Assembly: GCA_051942205.1 (NCBI GenBank)
Contig: JAVECO010000083.1
Span: 62,001-98,661, forward strand
Length of the DNA: 36,661 nucleotides
Direction of reading: 5' to 3'
Source: Coniocarpon cinnabarinum
Lineage: Eukaryota
Shown here: piece by piece, positions 12,291 through 23,625 of the stretch
Layout of the letters: every line of letters starts with the position of its first letter
Numbering within the stretch: the stretch's first letter is position 1
The notes under the pieces: generated by a model
Database searches by the model: none
Seen by the model: the letters and a program-made list of their open reading frames with translations, nothing else
What the model was told of the DNA's origin: nothing
Program-made: the position numbers and the translations under genes

Positions 12291-13528
12291 ATGCGTTTCT
12301 TAGAGCTTGCTGTGCTCTGCTTGCTTCCAGCCAGAGTCGTTTCGAAGTCCGGAACCAAGGCCGCCGCAGACGATTCCGACAAATCCCTTTGGAAACCTTG
12401 CACCGCGGAATCGCACACCTCGGGAAACTTCTTCGACATCAATCCTCTGCAAGTCCATCCACCGGAGACTGACGAAGACGGCAAACCCAAGAAAGGCTCC
12501 AAAGACAAGGAGATACACAGCTGGCATGCGCGGGGCTACGACTACCACTCGAATTTCACATTGAACTTCTGCGGACCGGTAGTGGAGCCATTGGACGACA
12601 TTCGAGGCTTGCCGAAGCGGATGTGGAGGAATGTCAGTGGTTTCTACGAGAAGAATGGAGAGACATACGCTATTGGGTTGGAGAGCCAAGAGCCCGTCAT
12701 CAGAGGAAGAAAACTGGTGCTGAACTATACGCATGGGAGCTTGTGCCCGTCGATTGGAGATCGAGACGACAAAGTTAGGAGGTGGCAGGCGCCAACGGAT
12801 TCCAATAGGTCCGACTCGGAAGATCATGAATTTACCGATTTCTGGGCGAAGAAAGGAGATGACGATGACGATGACAACGACGACGGTGACAGATTAAGAA
12901 AAGGCAAGAATAATGGCCGTGACACTGAGCGAAGAAAATCAACAATCATCTCGTTGCTCTGCGAGCGCGAGCCCAAAGATGGAGATCCACCAGTGACAGT
13001 CAGTTTCGTGGGAAGCATAGACGACTGTACTTACTTCTTCGAGGCAAGGAGCAAGTCAGCCTGTGCAACTACGAAAGTCAATACCCAACCGCTTGGCCCT
13101 GGAAGTGTATTTGGAATCATGTGAGTATCATTCTATTTATCTGTAGATGCTTCCCAACTGTACTGCAGACGCTGACAACAGTCTCTAGCGCAATCATCAC
13201 GGTACTAGTCTACCTTGTTGGCGGTATCATGTACCAACGCATTGTACAACATCAGCGTGGATGGCGCCAACTGCCAAATTATGCTTTGTGGAGCAGCATC
13301 TTTGGCTTTATGAGCGACATGACAATCATTGTCTTCTCAACTATTGGCCGATGCATACCTGGCTTTGACAGAATGTTTGGTGGCAGAAAGAGCGGTTACA
13401 GCAGAGTAAACCACTACGAGGATGGTGGATACGCAAACGGTACTCCTACCAGAGCGTCGCGAAGAGGAGGGGGCGAAGACGACGAGAACAGGCTTATCGA
13501 CCAGCTCGACGAGCAATGGGACGATTGA
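12291..13528 (+). CDS. MRL1: Mannose-6-phosphate-receptor-like (MRH) vacuolar sorting receptor, 389 aa; exons 12291-13120 and 13189-13528
   Basis: Signal peptide, SWHARGYDY..NFTLNFCGPVVE, RGRKLVLNYT.GS.CP, STIISLLCERE, DDCTYFFEARS..AC, a TM helix, RGWRQLPNY and C-terminal DENRLIDQLDEQWDD. Intron 13121-13188 GTGAGT..TAG. Confidence 0.85.
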
Positions 13529-13797
13529 AAGATTTACTTTACGATTATGTACCAGTACTTTGCATTTTGGCTGGCGTTTAGCATAGACTTCTCAGAGACA
13601 GGGCATTGCATTGCGGCTCTATCGCTCGTATCATTTCCTTGCGCGCTATTCTTCAAACAATAATTTGACGTGCTCAGGATTGTTTCTCTGATCACTCGAG
13701 TCCCAACTACTAGGAAATAACAAAGATTGACCGGAAACAAACGTTTCGCTGGGCGGTCACGACAAGCTCGTCTGCTCAGATACAGTTTGAGATACAG

Positions 13798-13961
13798 CAA
13801 GGGCCTGGAACATAAGTCGTTGCCGAATCTCAGTCTAGGCGACGAGCCTGTACGATAAGCACAATTTAGGTCACCAAACTACGAGTACAACGGCTATAGG
13901 TCTTTGTCGAAGAAAAGACACTAAATTGTCTTGCGGCTACGACTGTCCTACAGAGCCCTTA
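13798..13961 (+). mobile_element. MITE family A copy 1 (164 bp), TSD CAG
   Basis: CAG|CAAGGGC...GCCCTTA|CAG. Colinear with the copies at 16882, 26984 and 31610. The terminal G is changed to A. Confidence 0.85.
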
Positions 13962-15026
13962 CAGGAAACTTTATCTCTCTAAAGCGGAAAATGACCAAAA
14001 CAGGAAGGGTCCAAAATCAACCCAAAACGGACTCCAAGGCATGCGTTCAGAGAAGGCTTGCGACATCACGAAATTAATGGCAGTTCCTTGGCTTCGCCCA
14101 TGCAAGCTCGACCGTGTATGAGCAGCCCGCTAGCAAATCGTCCCAGAATCACCAATTCCCAGCGCAGTGCTGTGTGAGACCAACAACATATTGTAGCAAT
14201 AAGTTTTCACTTTTTAACAGTCATATGTCTCGTATCCTAGCGCTTGTGACTCTAACTTGAGCTCATTCTTTCTTCCTCATGCTTCTACGTGAATCATTGG
14301 GCGACTTTGTGGATACTGAGGAGAAAGTGAATGGAGACGGAGAATTGTTTATAGCATCAGAATTTTTGACACCCTGCCAAGAAACACTTGTCTCTTACCC
14401 AAAGAAGTTGGCCTTGGTCACTCCATGGGTATGTTGTACGTTCTGAAAATGCACTGCAATCTCGTATACCGTGCGCAGAGGTAGGCTAAAATCCCGAAGC
14501 CGACCAACATGTGAACAGAACCAGGTTTACCATTCTCATGACCTCGCGTGCCTCGGTCCGTTGCCATATTCTAGCCCCATCCGCTGCGACGTTCCCCACA
14601 CTAAAAGACGACGGCGCTCTTGTCTGCATCATGTCGGCAGTGTGACCCTGCAAGTGCCTGCAGCGATCTCGCATCCCACGACTTACTAGTCTCTTCTCAG
14701 GGGTCATGGGCCGATCCGCAACACCTGACCAGCTCCCTAGATTAACGTTTACGACTTTTCAACTGCTGCATTGCGTTAATATAGCGGGGAACAACCTGAT
14801 ATGCGCGGGCCAGATTACCAACTCTATATTGGCGCCCAGAGCTATGGATATGATGTCGAAGGACCGTGCCGAAAATGGCTAAACGACGATGCCGAGCAGG
14901 TGTCTTCTCCCAAGGACCTGGTTGACATGGATATCCTATTCAAATAAGGGGTGTTTTGTTTGCTCCATGGGTCCTCATCAGGAGCTGCGAGAGGGGACAA
15001 ACCTCTATCTGTAAGGAAAGAAAACA

Positions 15027-16765
15027 ATGTTTCGCGCTCTACTCGTCATCCCTCTGCTAGCCAACGCTTGGGCAGTCCCCCTCGAGGAGCGGCAAGCCGG
15101 ACCATCAGTGACAATCAGCAATGGCACTGTTGTTGGCTCCTCAGATGGCACGGTTGACTCCTTCAAGGGAATCCCGTTTGCCCAGCCTCCTACGGGCAAC
15201 AATAGGTTGCGTGCACCACAGCCACTGGCCACGAAATTTGGCACCTTCCAAGCTACGGGAATCCCTATGGGCTGCCCGCAATTCTATGCTCAGGTCAACA
15301 CGACTAATTTGCCATCTGACGCAATCGGAGATGTACTGGACTCCCCTCTGGGCCAGGCTATCCAGATGACAAGTGAAGACTGCCTCAACCTCAACGTCCA
15401 GCGTCCCGCGGGCACCACCGCTTCCTCGAAGCTCCCTGTTGTGGTATGGGTATTTGGAGGCGGTTTTGAGTTTGGATCTACGCAAACCTATGACGGCACT
15501 GGCTTGATACAGCTATCCACGACTCTGAGGCAACCCGTTGTATATGTTGCTATCAATTATCGAGTTGGCGGATTCGGATTTCTTGCTGGACCCGATCTTA
15601 AAGCGGAGCACAACACTAATCTGGGACTAAAAGATCAACGACTGGCCTTGCAATGGGTCCAGGACAACAGTAGGTGCAGTTCCTCACAAACTCTCTGGGT
15701 AAAAACTGATCAGGTACAGTCGCGGCATTTGGAGGCGATCCTACTAAGGTGACCCTTTGGGGAGAATCCGCTGGAGCCATCTCGGTGTTTGATCAGACGA
15801 TTATTAATGGAGGTGACAATACCTACAAAGGCCGACCATTGTTCCGTGGCGGAATCATGGACAGTGGCTCTGTAGTGCCCGCACTTGACGTAACCTCCGC
15901 TCCAGCTACGAACGTGTACAACACAGTTCTGCAAAACTCCGGATGCGCGTCAGCAGCAGATAGGCTGGGTTGTCTGCGCGGTCTCAGTGAGACCCAATTT
16001 CTGAGCGCGGTCAATTCGGTTCCGAACATATTTGGGTATCGGTCCCTTGACTTGAGTTATCTGCCACGTCCAGACCCGAGCGATAACTTCTTCTCGGTTA
16101 GTCCGGAAATCGCCGTCGCCAGCGGGAACTTTGCCAAGGTCCCTATCATCATAGGCGATCAGCAAGACGAAGGCACGCTTTTCTCGCTGACGCTGAGTAA
16201 TGTCACGAATACGGACGCGCTCGTCAGCTACCTCCAAACGTATTTCCCTAGTGCCACAAGAGCCGATGTCGCCGGCCTAGTGGCCACGTATCCTACAGAC
16301 CCGGCTGCTGGTTCGCCGTTCAACACAGGTCTACTGAATCAGCTTTACCCTGGTTTTAAGCGTAATGCCGCCATTCTGGGTGACACAACTTTCACGCTCA
16401 CGCGTCGTTCATACCTTTCTACGGTCAGTAGTGCTGTCAAGTCGTGGTCATACCTTGCAACATACTTCTATGGCACACCCTTCCTTGGCACGTTCCATGC
16501 TAGTGACATCCTCGATGCGTATCTGGGCGTGCAGCCGATTCCGACACAAACGATCAGGACATATGTTATTAGTTTCATCAATAACTTAGATCCAAACGCC
16601 ATTACGACCGCCGCACCGTTAATAAGTTGGCCCCAATGGACGACCGCGAAGCCGCAGCTGATCAACTTTGGACTTTTGGCAAACACTCTTACTCCTGACA
16701 ATTTCAGACAGACTAGCTACAACTACCTTATCAGTAGGGCAGCTGCAGGCACATTTAGGGTATGA
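15027..16765 (+). CDS. Secreted carboxylesterase type-B / Candida rugosa-type lipase, 562 aa; exons 15027-15669 and 15720-16765
   Basis: Signal peptide, FKGIPFAQPP, SEDCLNLNV.RP, oxyanion GGGF, DN|IAAFGGDP.KVTLWGESAG (catalytic Ser), DEG (Glu) and GTFHASD (His). Intron 15670-15719 GTAGGT..CAG. Confidence 0.93.
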
Positions 16766-16881
16766 CCTACGGAGGGGCGGGTCTTACACTTCTGCGAATG
16801 GAGGTTGGATAAAGGGGCCGTCAAAGCCAACTGCTGACAAGCCTCTCTACATCTGTGCGAATGCTTCCTTATGTTTCACGG

Positions 16882-17045
16882 CAAGGGCTCGGGACAAAAG
16901 TCGTTGCTAGATCTCACCCTAGGCGACAAGCCTGTACGATAAGCACGATGCAGGTCACAAATCTACGAGCACAACGGCGAAAGGTCATTGTCAGTGAAAA
17001 GACACTGAATTATAGTGCGGCAATGACTACCCTACGAAGCCCTTG
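16882..17045 (+). mobile_element. MITE family A copy 2 (164 bp), TSD CGG
   Basis: CGG|CAAGGGC...GCCCTTG|CGG, with intact 7-bp terminal IRs and a subterminal AGTCGTTGC/GCAATGACT IR. Confidence 0.9.
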
Positions 17046-19360
17046 CGGTGACCCGCGTTATCGCGCATTATTGATATGACCACTGGAAGCTTCCACACAG
17101 AGTAGAGCCCATTCGTGGGTACCGTTGACACCAAGTCAACTCCTAATCTGCATTTCCTTCGGCTTTTCCTGCAGCACGCTGAGGCCATTCGCATTCTCCT
17201 AAGAGATCTCGTCATGGATACTCCTACGTTTAATATGACTCCCCCACCGCTTTTCCTCTGCAGTGTACAAAACCCTCCAAGCGGCGAGAACGATGCCTCA
17301 TTGACCTTGGATAGCATTGAAACATAGAGACTTGATATACTTGTTGCTGGTCTTCTGTGGAAAGCGAACACTGTACGTTCACTGCTTTAGGTTCCACGCA
17401 TAATTCGTGTCTCAAATTCGTTCTATATGTGGTGTCTATACTTAAGGACCACTCGTCACAAGCCGGAAAAATGTTGACATGTGCGAGGAAATGGCCGCCA
17501 CACTCTTTCTCGTAGCAAACAGTGAAGACGTGGTATTTGCCTGCAGAGGTTGTAGCAAAGCTTTTAAGCAGCAACAGAAGCCTAGATCATTTGATTTTAG
17601 CTGGTGAACTGTTTGAATTCGTCACCAACGAGTATGGAATGAGCGTATTTGAATATGAAAAGATGCTATGAGCCATCGTTGCTTCTTGGCCAGTGTAGAT
17701 GCATCGCGAGCTTTGACACCCCGTGTAACAGGCTCAAAAGCGATCTTGAATATCGCTTCTTGTACGAATGGCTTTGAACGCGGCGTTGAACCATCCATCA
17801 CTGTCAACATCCTCGGCCGCCTTTCAGTCCCTCGCCTCACCATGTGCACCACGCTTTGCGGGTCTCCAAACTCCGCTCCGCCGAAGCGTCAGGATTTAAC
17901 AAGCGTGGCATGGCTGGTGAAAAGTGAGCAGGGCTTCACGGAGTACGTCGACAGCCAAACAATATCATGCACTTACGCAACCACATTGGCCTGGGTGACA
18001 AAGGCAGTACGGCGGCTGGAAGATTGGGTCGGTCGAAATAGGATCGATAGGCTCGGTGGGCACGGGGCTCGTTTCAGCAGGGAGCGCAAGGGCACCCACG
18101 ACCATGGTCAGTGCAAAGGCGACAGTTGTTAGGAGCTTCATGATTGTACGGCTGAAGCGGATGCAAGAATGGATAGTACCTTAGCGATGTTCTTTGAAAG
18201 CTATGAGTCTGAGTCTTGAATTGATGAGCGAGCGATGCCAGAGTCCATCTTCTGTGGCAACCGAGAATCCCTTTATGTATTCGTTGAACAAGCTGTGAGA
18301 GTAGAGGTATGTTTGTTGATGAGACGTTACCCCACTCATTGAAGACAGTCGCAGACATTGTAGCTACCGGAAGCAGCTTGCGAATCCTGGCTTTCTTCAA
18401 ACCCAAGTGCGTTGGATACGCTGATTGATTAGTGACTGGATGCGGCGTACCAGCGGCTCACTTCCGCACATGAGTTCAATGGCTCTTGCTGCCTAGCAGT
18501 CTACAAGCTCCGGTGCAATTGTATCTACCGACAGAGACGATCATGTTGACCGCCAGTGTGAAGAGTCTAATGCGCAGGTCGGTCTTCATGCTAAACTACT
18601 AACAGAGAAGAGCAGGATGAGCTCTACTGCGTCCGGAATGTTTGTAATGTTGTGATGTGCATCATGCACAAAGGCTTGGCATAGACGACCCTTCATATTT
18701 TTTCTCATTGGAACATCTTTTATGAAGAACCATGAATGAGCGACCTACATTCACGCCTAAAATGCTTCTTGCCTTACCTCTCGCAAAAGTTCAAAGCGAA
18801 AGGGCGAATTCGGGCCTCCGCTTCAGAGCAGATGCTCGAACCATAAGGAATACTGCAACCCGTGCGGTTGGACCTGCTGCTGCGGAGTACCCGCCACTAG
18901 ATACTGGACTTCGGTCGGACTATTGTGAATCCTAGAGCGTAGATGTCCCGAGCCAGGGCGGTCATCGACTCGACAGCGAGTTTAGAGAACTGGACACCTC
19001 GCAGTGGTCACCACCTCACATTCAGTGTCAGCGCTTTCACGCAATTGGGGTTCCCGGATACAATGCGATAACCGGTCGGGCAAGCGTGTCTGACACCACT
19101 GCGCCCGTAGACTTCGGCTGTGTTACTGACACTCGTTTAGAAGTGGTGCAACGTATTAGCAGACTCAAACTGTCTTCCCTGTCGCCGACATGAACTGGGC
19201 ATTATCGACATCGACCAAGACATATGCGCAAGATCGTCCGTCGTAACCTGTCTGCTGACGTGGTTAGATGAGCGTGATAAAGTTCGAAAGACAACCTAGT
19301 AGACCAAGTTGGGTTACAAAATTCTTGGCGCAAAGGAGTGTATTTCTGACACTTTGCGAG

Positions 19361-19585
19361 CACGTCACGGTCAGTATTACCGGTGTCACGTGAGCTTCGC
19401 CTACCAACCAATATCAACGCCCAGGCACACAGTCAAGCGAGCATTACTGCTATATACGCTCGTGGGATCTACGCTGATATCTCAAACCTACTCGTGAAGT
19501 AACATGGACGGAATCTTGGAGTGTTGGGTTGCTATTGTAGGCGAGACTCACATCACGTGACACTCATAATACTGACCGTGACGTG
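19361..19585. mobile_element. MITE-like foldback element, family B (225 bp), with about 60-bp imperfect TIRs and flanking CGAG duplication
   Basis: Left CACGTCACGGTCAGTATTA..GTGTCACGTGA..TCGCCTAC. Right GTAGGCGA..TCACGTGACAC..TAATACTGACCGTGACGTG. The outer 19 bp are a perfect IR. CGAG lies at 19357-19360 and 19586-19589. Confidence 0.75.
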
Positions 19586-19856
19586 CGAGGTTCATGCAAC
19601 TTACAGTACATATCATGTTTTTCGTGAAGAAATCGGTTCTAAGATAGAGACTCTTTGGAAAGTCCGTAAACTTGGTAGTAATAGTATAATACTCACGCTG
19701 TTCCTTTTGTGCCACGACTTCTGGCACCACACCTTGGACGACACCGCAGTAAATGCCTCCTGTGTCACGTGCTGTAAGGTTTGCCCTGCCACGATTCGCA
19801 CAGACGGACAAGATTACACGAGCAGTGCACACATGATACGTAACGGTCCCCGAGTC

Positions 19857-20347
19857 GCCAAGCGCTTCCGGAGCTCCATCGCAAGGGTGCAAGCCAAGCC
19901 TGCGCCTCACCGTCCGCGCGTCGGACGCAGCGGGCACAGTCAGCCCTGGTCTCATGCGATGCGACAGATTGCGGGACGGAGGCGGAAAGTCATGGCGTCG
20001 TCGCGCGTGAGATTGTTGTGTACGTTCACAAGACGCCCCCGGCGGATCTAGAAGGCTGGCGCCAGAAGACGCTAGGTGCTTGGCGTCTTGGCAATTGCTT
20101 GGCACGCCAAGACGCGAAGAGGACCTTGTGCAGCGGAGGGGGAGGGCAGTCCTCCCTTCGTGCCTCCCATCTCTCAACGTCACAAGCGGTGTCCAGAAAA
20201 CACCTTCTCTGAGCACTCACCACTTTTTTTTTCAAACTTTCCAGCAACTTGACGCATCGCGTTGTGAATTGGGGTGTTGAAAGTGCAGTATCGATTGAGC
20301 AAAGTAGCGCCTCAGAGGCTATCAAGCCTAATTTTCTTGGCCTTGGC
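19857..20347. promoter_or_regulatory. Cluster of eight PacC consensus sites (GCCARG) upstream of pacC
   Basis: GCCAAG at 19857, 19893, 20106. CTTGGC at 20079, 20087, 20098, 20336, 20342. Further sites at 19324 and 18675. Confidence 0.8.
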
Positions 20348-20371
20348 AAGAAAAACATCAGCAACTTTGGC

Positions 20372-22264
20372 ATGGCTGCCACCGAGCCCCCCTCAGTTCA
20401 ATCTGTGTTGGCGCAAACGCCTGGCCAGCCAGCTCAGGCACAACACGCCAGCGGCTTCGACAATTTGACTTGTCAATGGCAAGGCTGCGGAGAGAGAAGC
20501 GATTCTGCGGAATCTCTCTACGTGAGTATCTGGAAATGCTTGCTGACCGCGACGAGCATGACGCTGATCTGCTTACAGGACCATGTCTGCGAGCGCCACG
20601 TTGGGCGCAAGAGTACGAACAATCTCAATTTGCAATGCCAATGGGGATCCTGCCGAACGACGACTGTTAAGCGTGACCACATTACCTCTCACATTCGTGT
20701 GCACGTTCCGTTGAAACCCCATCGCTGCGAATTTTGCCAGAAGACCTTCAAGCGCCCACAGGATCTCAAGAAGCATGTCAAGACACATGCTGAAGATTCG
20801 GGCCTCCAGCGCTCTCCTGGTGCGCCAGGCGCGCCAGGTGCTCAAGGTCCTATGCAAGGATTTCCTCAACAAGGCACCCCTCGGAGTAAGTCTCTCACAC
20901 CGCTCCTGCGTACACAGTTTGACCAATTCTCTCCAGTGGATGGCAGCATATACTCTGCGCCACCGCCTCAACCCGGCTATGGATACCCTCCTGGCACCGC
21001 GGCGCAAGCTCAAATGGGCAACGGCAGCTATGGACCTGTGTACTACAACATGCCGCAGAATAATGGCTACACTGGTCTGGCCTTGACTGAGCAGCGCAAA
21101 CGCCAGCATGACACACTGGACGCCTTCTTTGGTGATGTGAAGCGTGGTCAGCTCAGTCCATCGCAGTACGTTGATCTTGGTGCACATTTTGGAAGCATGC
21201 AATCTCTGCCGGCGTTTAACGATGCTGGCTTCTCAACGGGCTTCCAGAACAATCCACAGCACCATCACAATATGTACGGTAACGGTGGCGCCGCTACTGC
21301 GACGATGACATCGCCGCCACCGCCAAGCACAGACGTCAACTTTGACAATTTGAAGACTCGCAACGATCTTCTCAGCATCGACGCATTCCTGGAGCAGCTG
21401 CAGAAGACAGTCTATGAGCATTCCACCAACGTTGTGCGACGGCCAGAAGTCGGTGTTGGACCCAGTGGTGAATCCCTGCAGCAGCCAATGTACAACGGTG
21501 TCCTCGATCCCAACCTTGACCGCAGGCCGTCTCCTCCTGAGTCACTGACCGCGACCACATCCACCAACGGTGACTATACCGCGGGCGTTACTCCTGAGGC
21601 CCACATGAACAGCCATTCACCTGCTTCAGCACACTCACAACATAACCATGCCCATCCTACCTATCCATCACTGCCGTCCACTGCTGCCTTAGCACAGCAG
21701 CACGGCGAAAGCTTCATGCAGCAAGCCAGTGGTGTGCCGCCCAGTGGCCTTGGCGATGCATTCGAGAATCAAGATCGGATGCGCCGACATTCTGGAGGGC
21801 ATCTGCAAAAGGCCAAGACAGAATCGACACCTATTGTATCCAAGTCTGAAAAGGATGTTGAAGGCTTTGACAAGATCAAAAAGGAATTGGGTATTGGCAA
21901 AGAAGCCGAAGATGCGAAAACATCAGACAGCGACCTCGATCCATCACTGCAGCAGCCTCCTAACAGTCTGGACACTCCTGCCCGCGCTGGTCAATCAGAG
22001 GACAGTGAGACCCCTAGTGCGCAGGATGAACGCCTGGAGGGGTGGGTGCAGAACATGCGTGCTATCGAGTCACTTCGCCATTTCATCAACCGACGACTGC
22101 AGCACGGTGACTACGAAATGGACGCTTTACCTGAGAGCTCCCACAGCCCGCCCGAGGACGATCGCACTCCTCCCAGGTCAGACGAGCAATCGCAAGACTA
22201 CAGTATGGAGGATGTGAAGGCGGTTGCGTATCCCTCGTTACCTAAGGCAGTGCAGACTGCTTAG
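20372..22264 (+). CDS. pacC: pH-response C2H2 transcription factor PacC/Rim101, about 594 aa; exons 20372-20521, 20579-20885, 20937-22264
   Basis: Three zinc fingers ([69 protein letters not shown]), two YPSL (YPXL, PalA/Rim20-binding) motifs and a signalling-protease-box-like [24 protein letters not shown]. Confidence 0.97.
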   Translation: MAATEPPSVQSVLAQTPGQPAQAQHASGFDNLTCQWQGCGERSDSAESLYVSIWKCLLTATSMTLICLQDHVCERHVGRKSTNNLNLQCQWGSCRTTTVKRDHITSHIRVHVPLKPHRCEFCQKTFKRPQDLKKHVKTHAEDSGLQRSPGAPGAPGAQGPMQGFPQQGTPRSKSLTPLLRTQFDQFSPVDGSIYSAPPPQPGYGYPPGTAAQAQMGNGSYGPVYYNMPQNNGYTGLALTEQRKRQHDTLDAFFGDVKRGQLSPSQYVDLGAHFGSMQSLPAFNDAGFSTGFQNNPQHHHNMYGNGGAATATMTSPPPPSTDVNFDNLKTRNDLLSIDAFLEQLQKTVYEHSTNVVRRPEVGVGPSGESLQQPMYNGVLDPNLDRRPSPPESLTATTSTNGDYTAGVTPEAHMNSHSPASAHSQHNHAHPTYPSLPSTAALAQQHGESFMQQASGVPPSGLGDAFENQDRMRRHSGGHLQKAKTESTPIVSKSEKDVEGFDKIKKELGIGKEAEDAKTSDSDLDPSLQQPPNSLDTPARAGQSEDSETPSAQDERLEGWVQNMRAIESLRHFINRRLQHGDYEMDALPESSHSPPEDDRTPPRSDEQSQDYSMEDVKAVAYPSLPKAVQTA

Positions 22265-23340
22265 GAAGTAACGGGGATTTCTTTTCTTTTCTTTTCAACA
22301 ATTCTTCACGGTGTCCCCACGACGGCGCAGAACCTTCGAAATTGGGTTCCAACACTTATGAACGAGTATGATGGGTCGGTCCCATTGCGAAGAGCTGTAA
22401 GTCACGGCAAATTGTAGCTCGTATGAATAAATTTGCGCCTGTCTGTCAGGTTTATTGCTCTTGTCCTTTCCTCAACTTATGTGTAGTATGCCAACAGAGT
22501 GCGTATCCTAGGTCAACGCCGCGAGCAGATATCTTGGGTTGCATGCTCGCAAGCAAAGTTCTGCGCAAAGTCTGTGTCTACGCAGAGGTTGACTTCCGTG
22601 ATGGCAAAGCATGAACCTGGCCTTTCGCTGTCATTTGTATACTTTCATTGCCAAAGATTGAGCTGACCGCTCGAACATGACATCGAAAGCCATGCTGGCC
22701 GACCGGTATAGAATCTTCTTGTTTGACTAACCCTGTTTTCCGATGCTAGTCGTGCAGCTCCCATCTTGCACGTCTTCGATACTCCGCCCTGCAAGGCAAA
22801 AAAAGTCGATGAGATGGAGAGGATAGGTTGTGTTCAATGATGCAGCAGGGATTAGGTGCCGTCACGTGCCGTGTCTAGTCTACTAGTCCTTGTGTTGGGC
22901 CGCACGCTCACAGCACGTTGCTTACACTTGACTGTCTACCTTCGCAAAACTGCGAATGGATGGCAGCGGTGGTACAACTTGCGCGGCTCCTCGTTCTCCA
23001 AGTTTCTCTGCTCAAGACTGGTGCGGTGCACACGTCTGGCAATTACCCTCAACGGACTGTTACCACTGTCTGTGCTCTGCCAACCATATTGAACGGGCTA
23101 ACTATAAAACATCTCGCAATGCATCGAGCGCAATGCACCGAGCATCTTATGAGACACAACGCGGACATCTTGGGGAAGACTGTGCACTCCAACGCATGTC
23201 TTTCTTCCAACACCCTAGTATCAAAAGCTGACACGAGAACGCCTGACACGATCCTCGACACGTCGTATCCGGGGGCCCCCGATGATGCCCTTGCGACCTT
23301 CCATCATCGACAGCTGGCGTCTGGCGTTTGACGTCTGCAT

Positions 23341-23400
23341 GATTGGAACATGAACAGCTTGCGTCTTCACGATTGGAACATGAACAGCTTGCGTCTTCGC
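23341..23400. repeat. 30-bp tandem duplication (2 copies, 29/30 identical)
   Basis: GATTGGAACATGAACAGCTTGCGTCTTCAC followed by GATTGGAACATGAACAGCTTGCGTCTTCGC. Confidence 0.95.
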
Positions 23401-23625
23401 CGTCGAAAAGGCCAGTCTGCATTAGAGCGTGCTTTACTTCAAATAGTCCGCCGTTACTTCAATGTAGGCCTGGTTGTAAAGTCGTCAAGTTGATTCTTCT
23501 GCCATACTCGTCCTCAAACAACTTGTTCTGTCCGCCACTAACATAGATCTCAATATTCCAAACAACCTGCAGTTCCCCTGTCGAGCAAAGTAGTTGATCG
23601 ATCTCTGCTCACTACATCTCTCAAA

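Noticed and set aside
14551..14556. FarA/Ctf1 site CCTCGG upstream of the lipase
   Set aside because: A single 6-mer about 470 bp upstream is expected by chance.
13798..17045. Composite transposon carrying the lipase gene between MITE-A copies 1 and 2
   Set aside because: Each copy has its own distinct TSD (CAG/CAG versus CGG/CGG) and the copies are clearly diverged, indicating independent insertions.
16882..17045. MITE-A as a structured RNA (ribozyme, tRNA/5S-derived SINE, or CRISPR-like repeat)
   Set aside because: There is no hammerhead core (CUGANGA), no A/B boxes, no poly(A) tail and no repeat-spacer array. The internal hairpins (GC-GAAA-GC, CAGTG/CACTG) are not maintained across copies. 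TIRs plus TSDs explain the repeat better.
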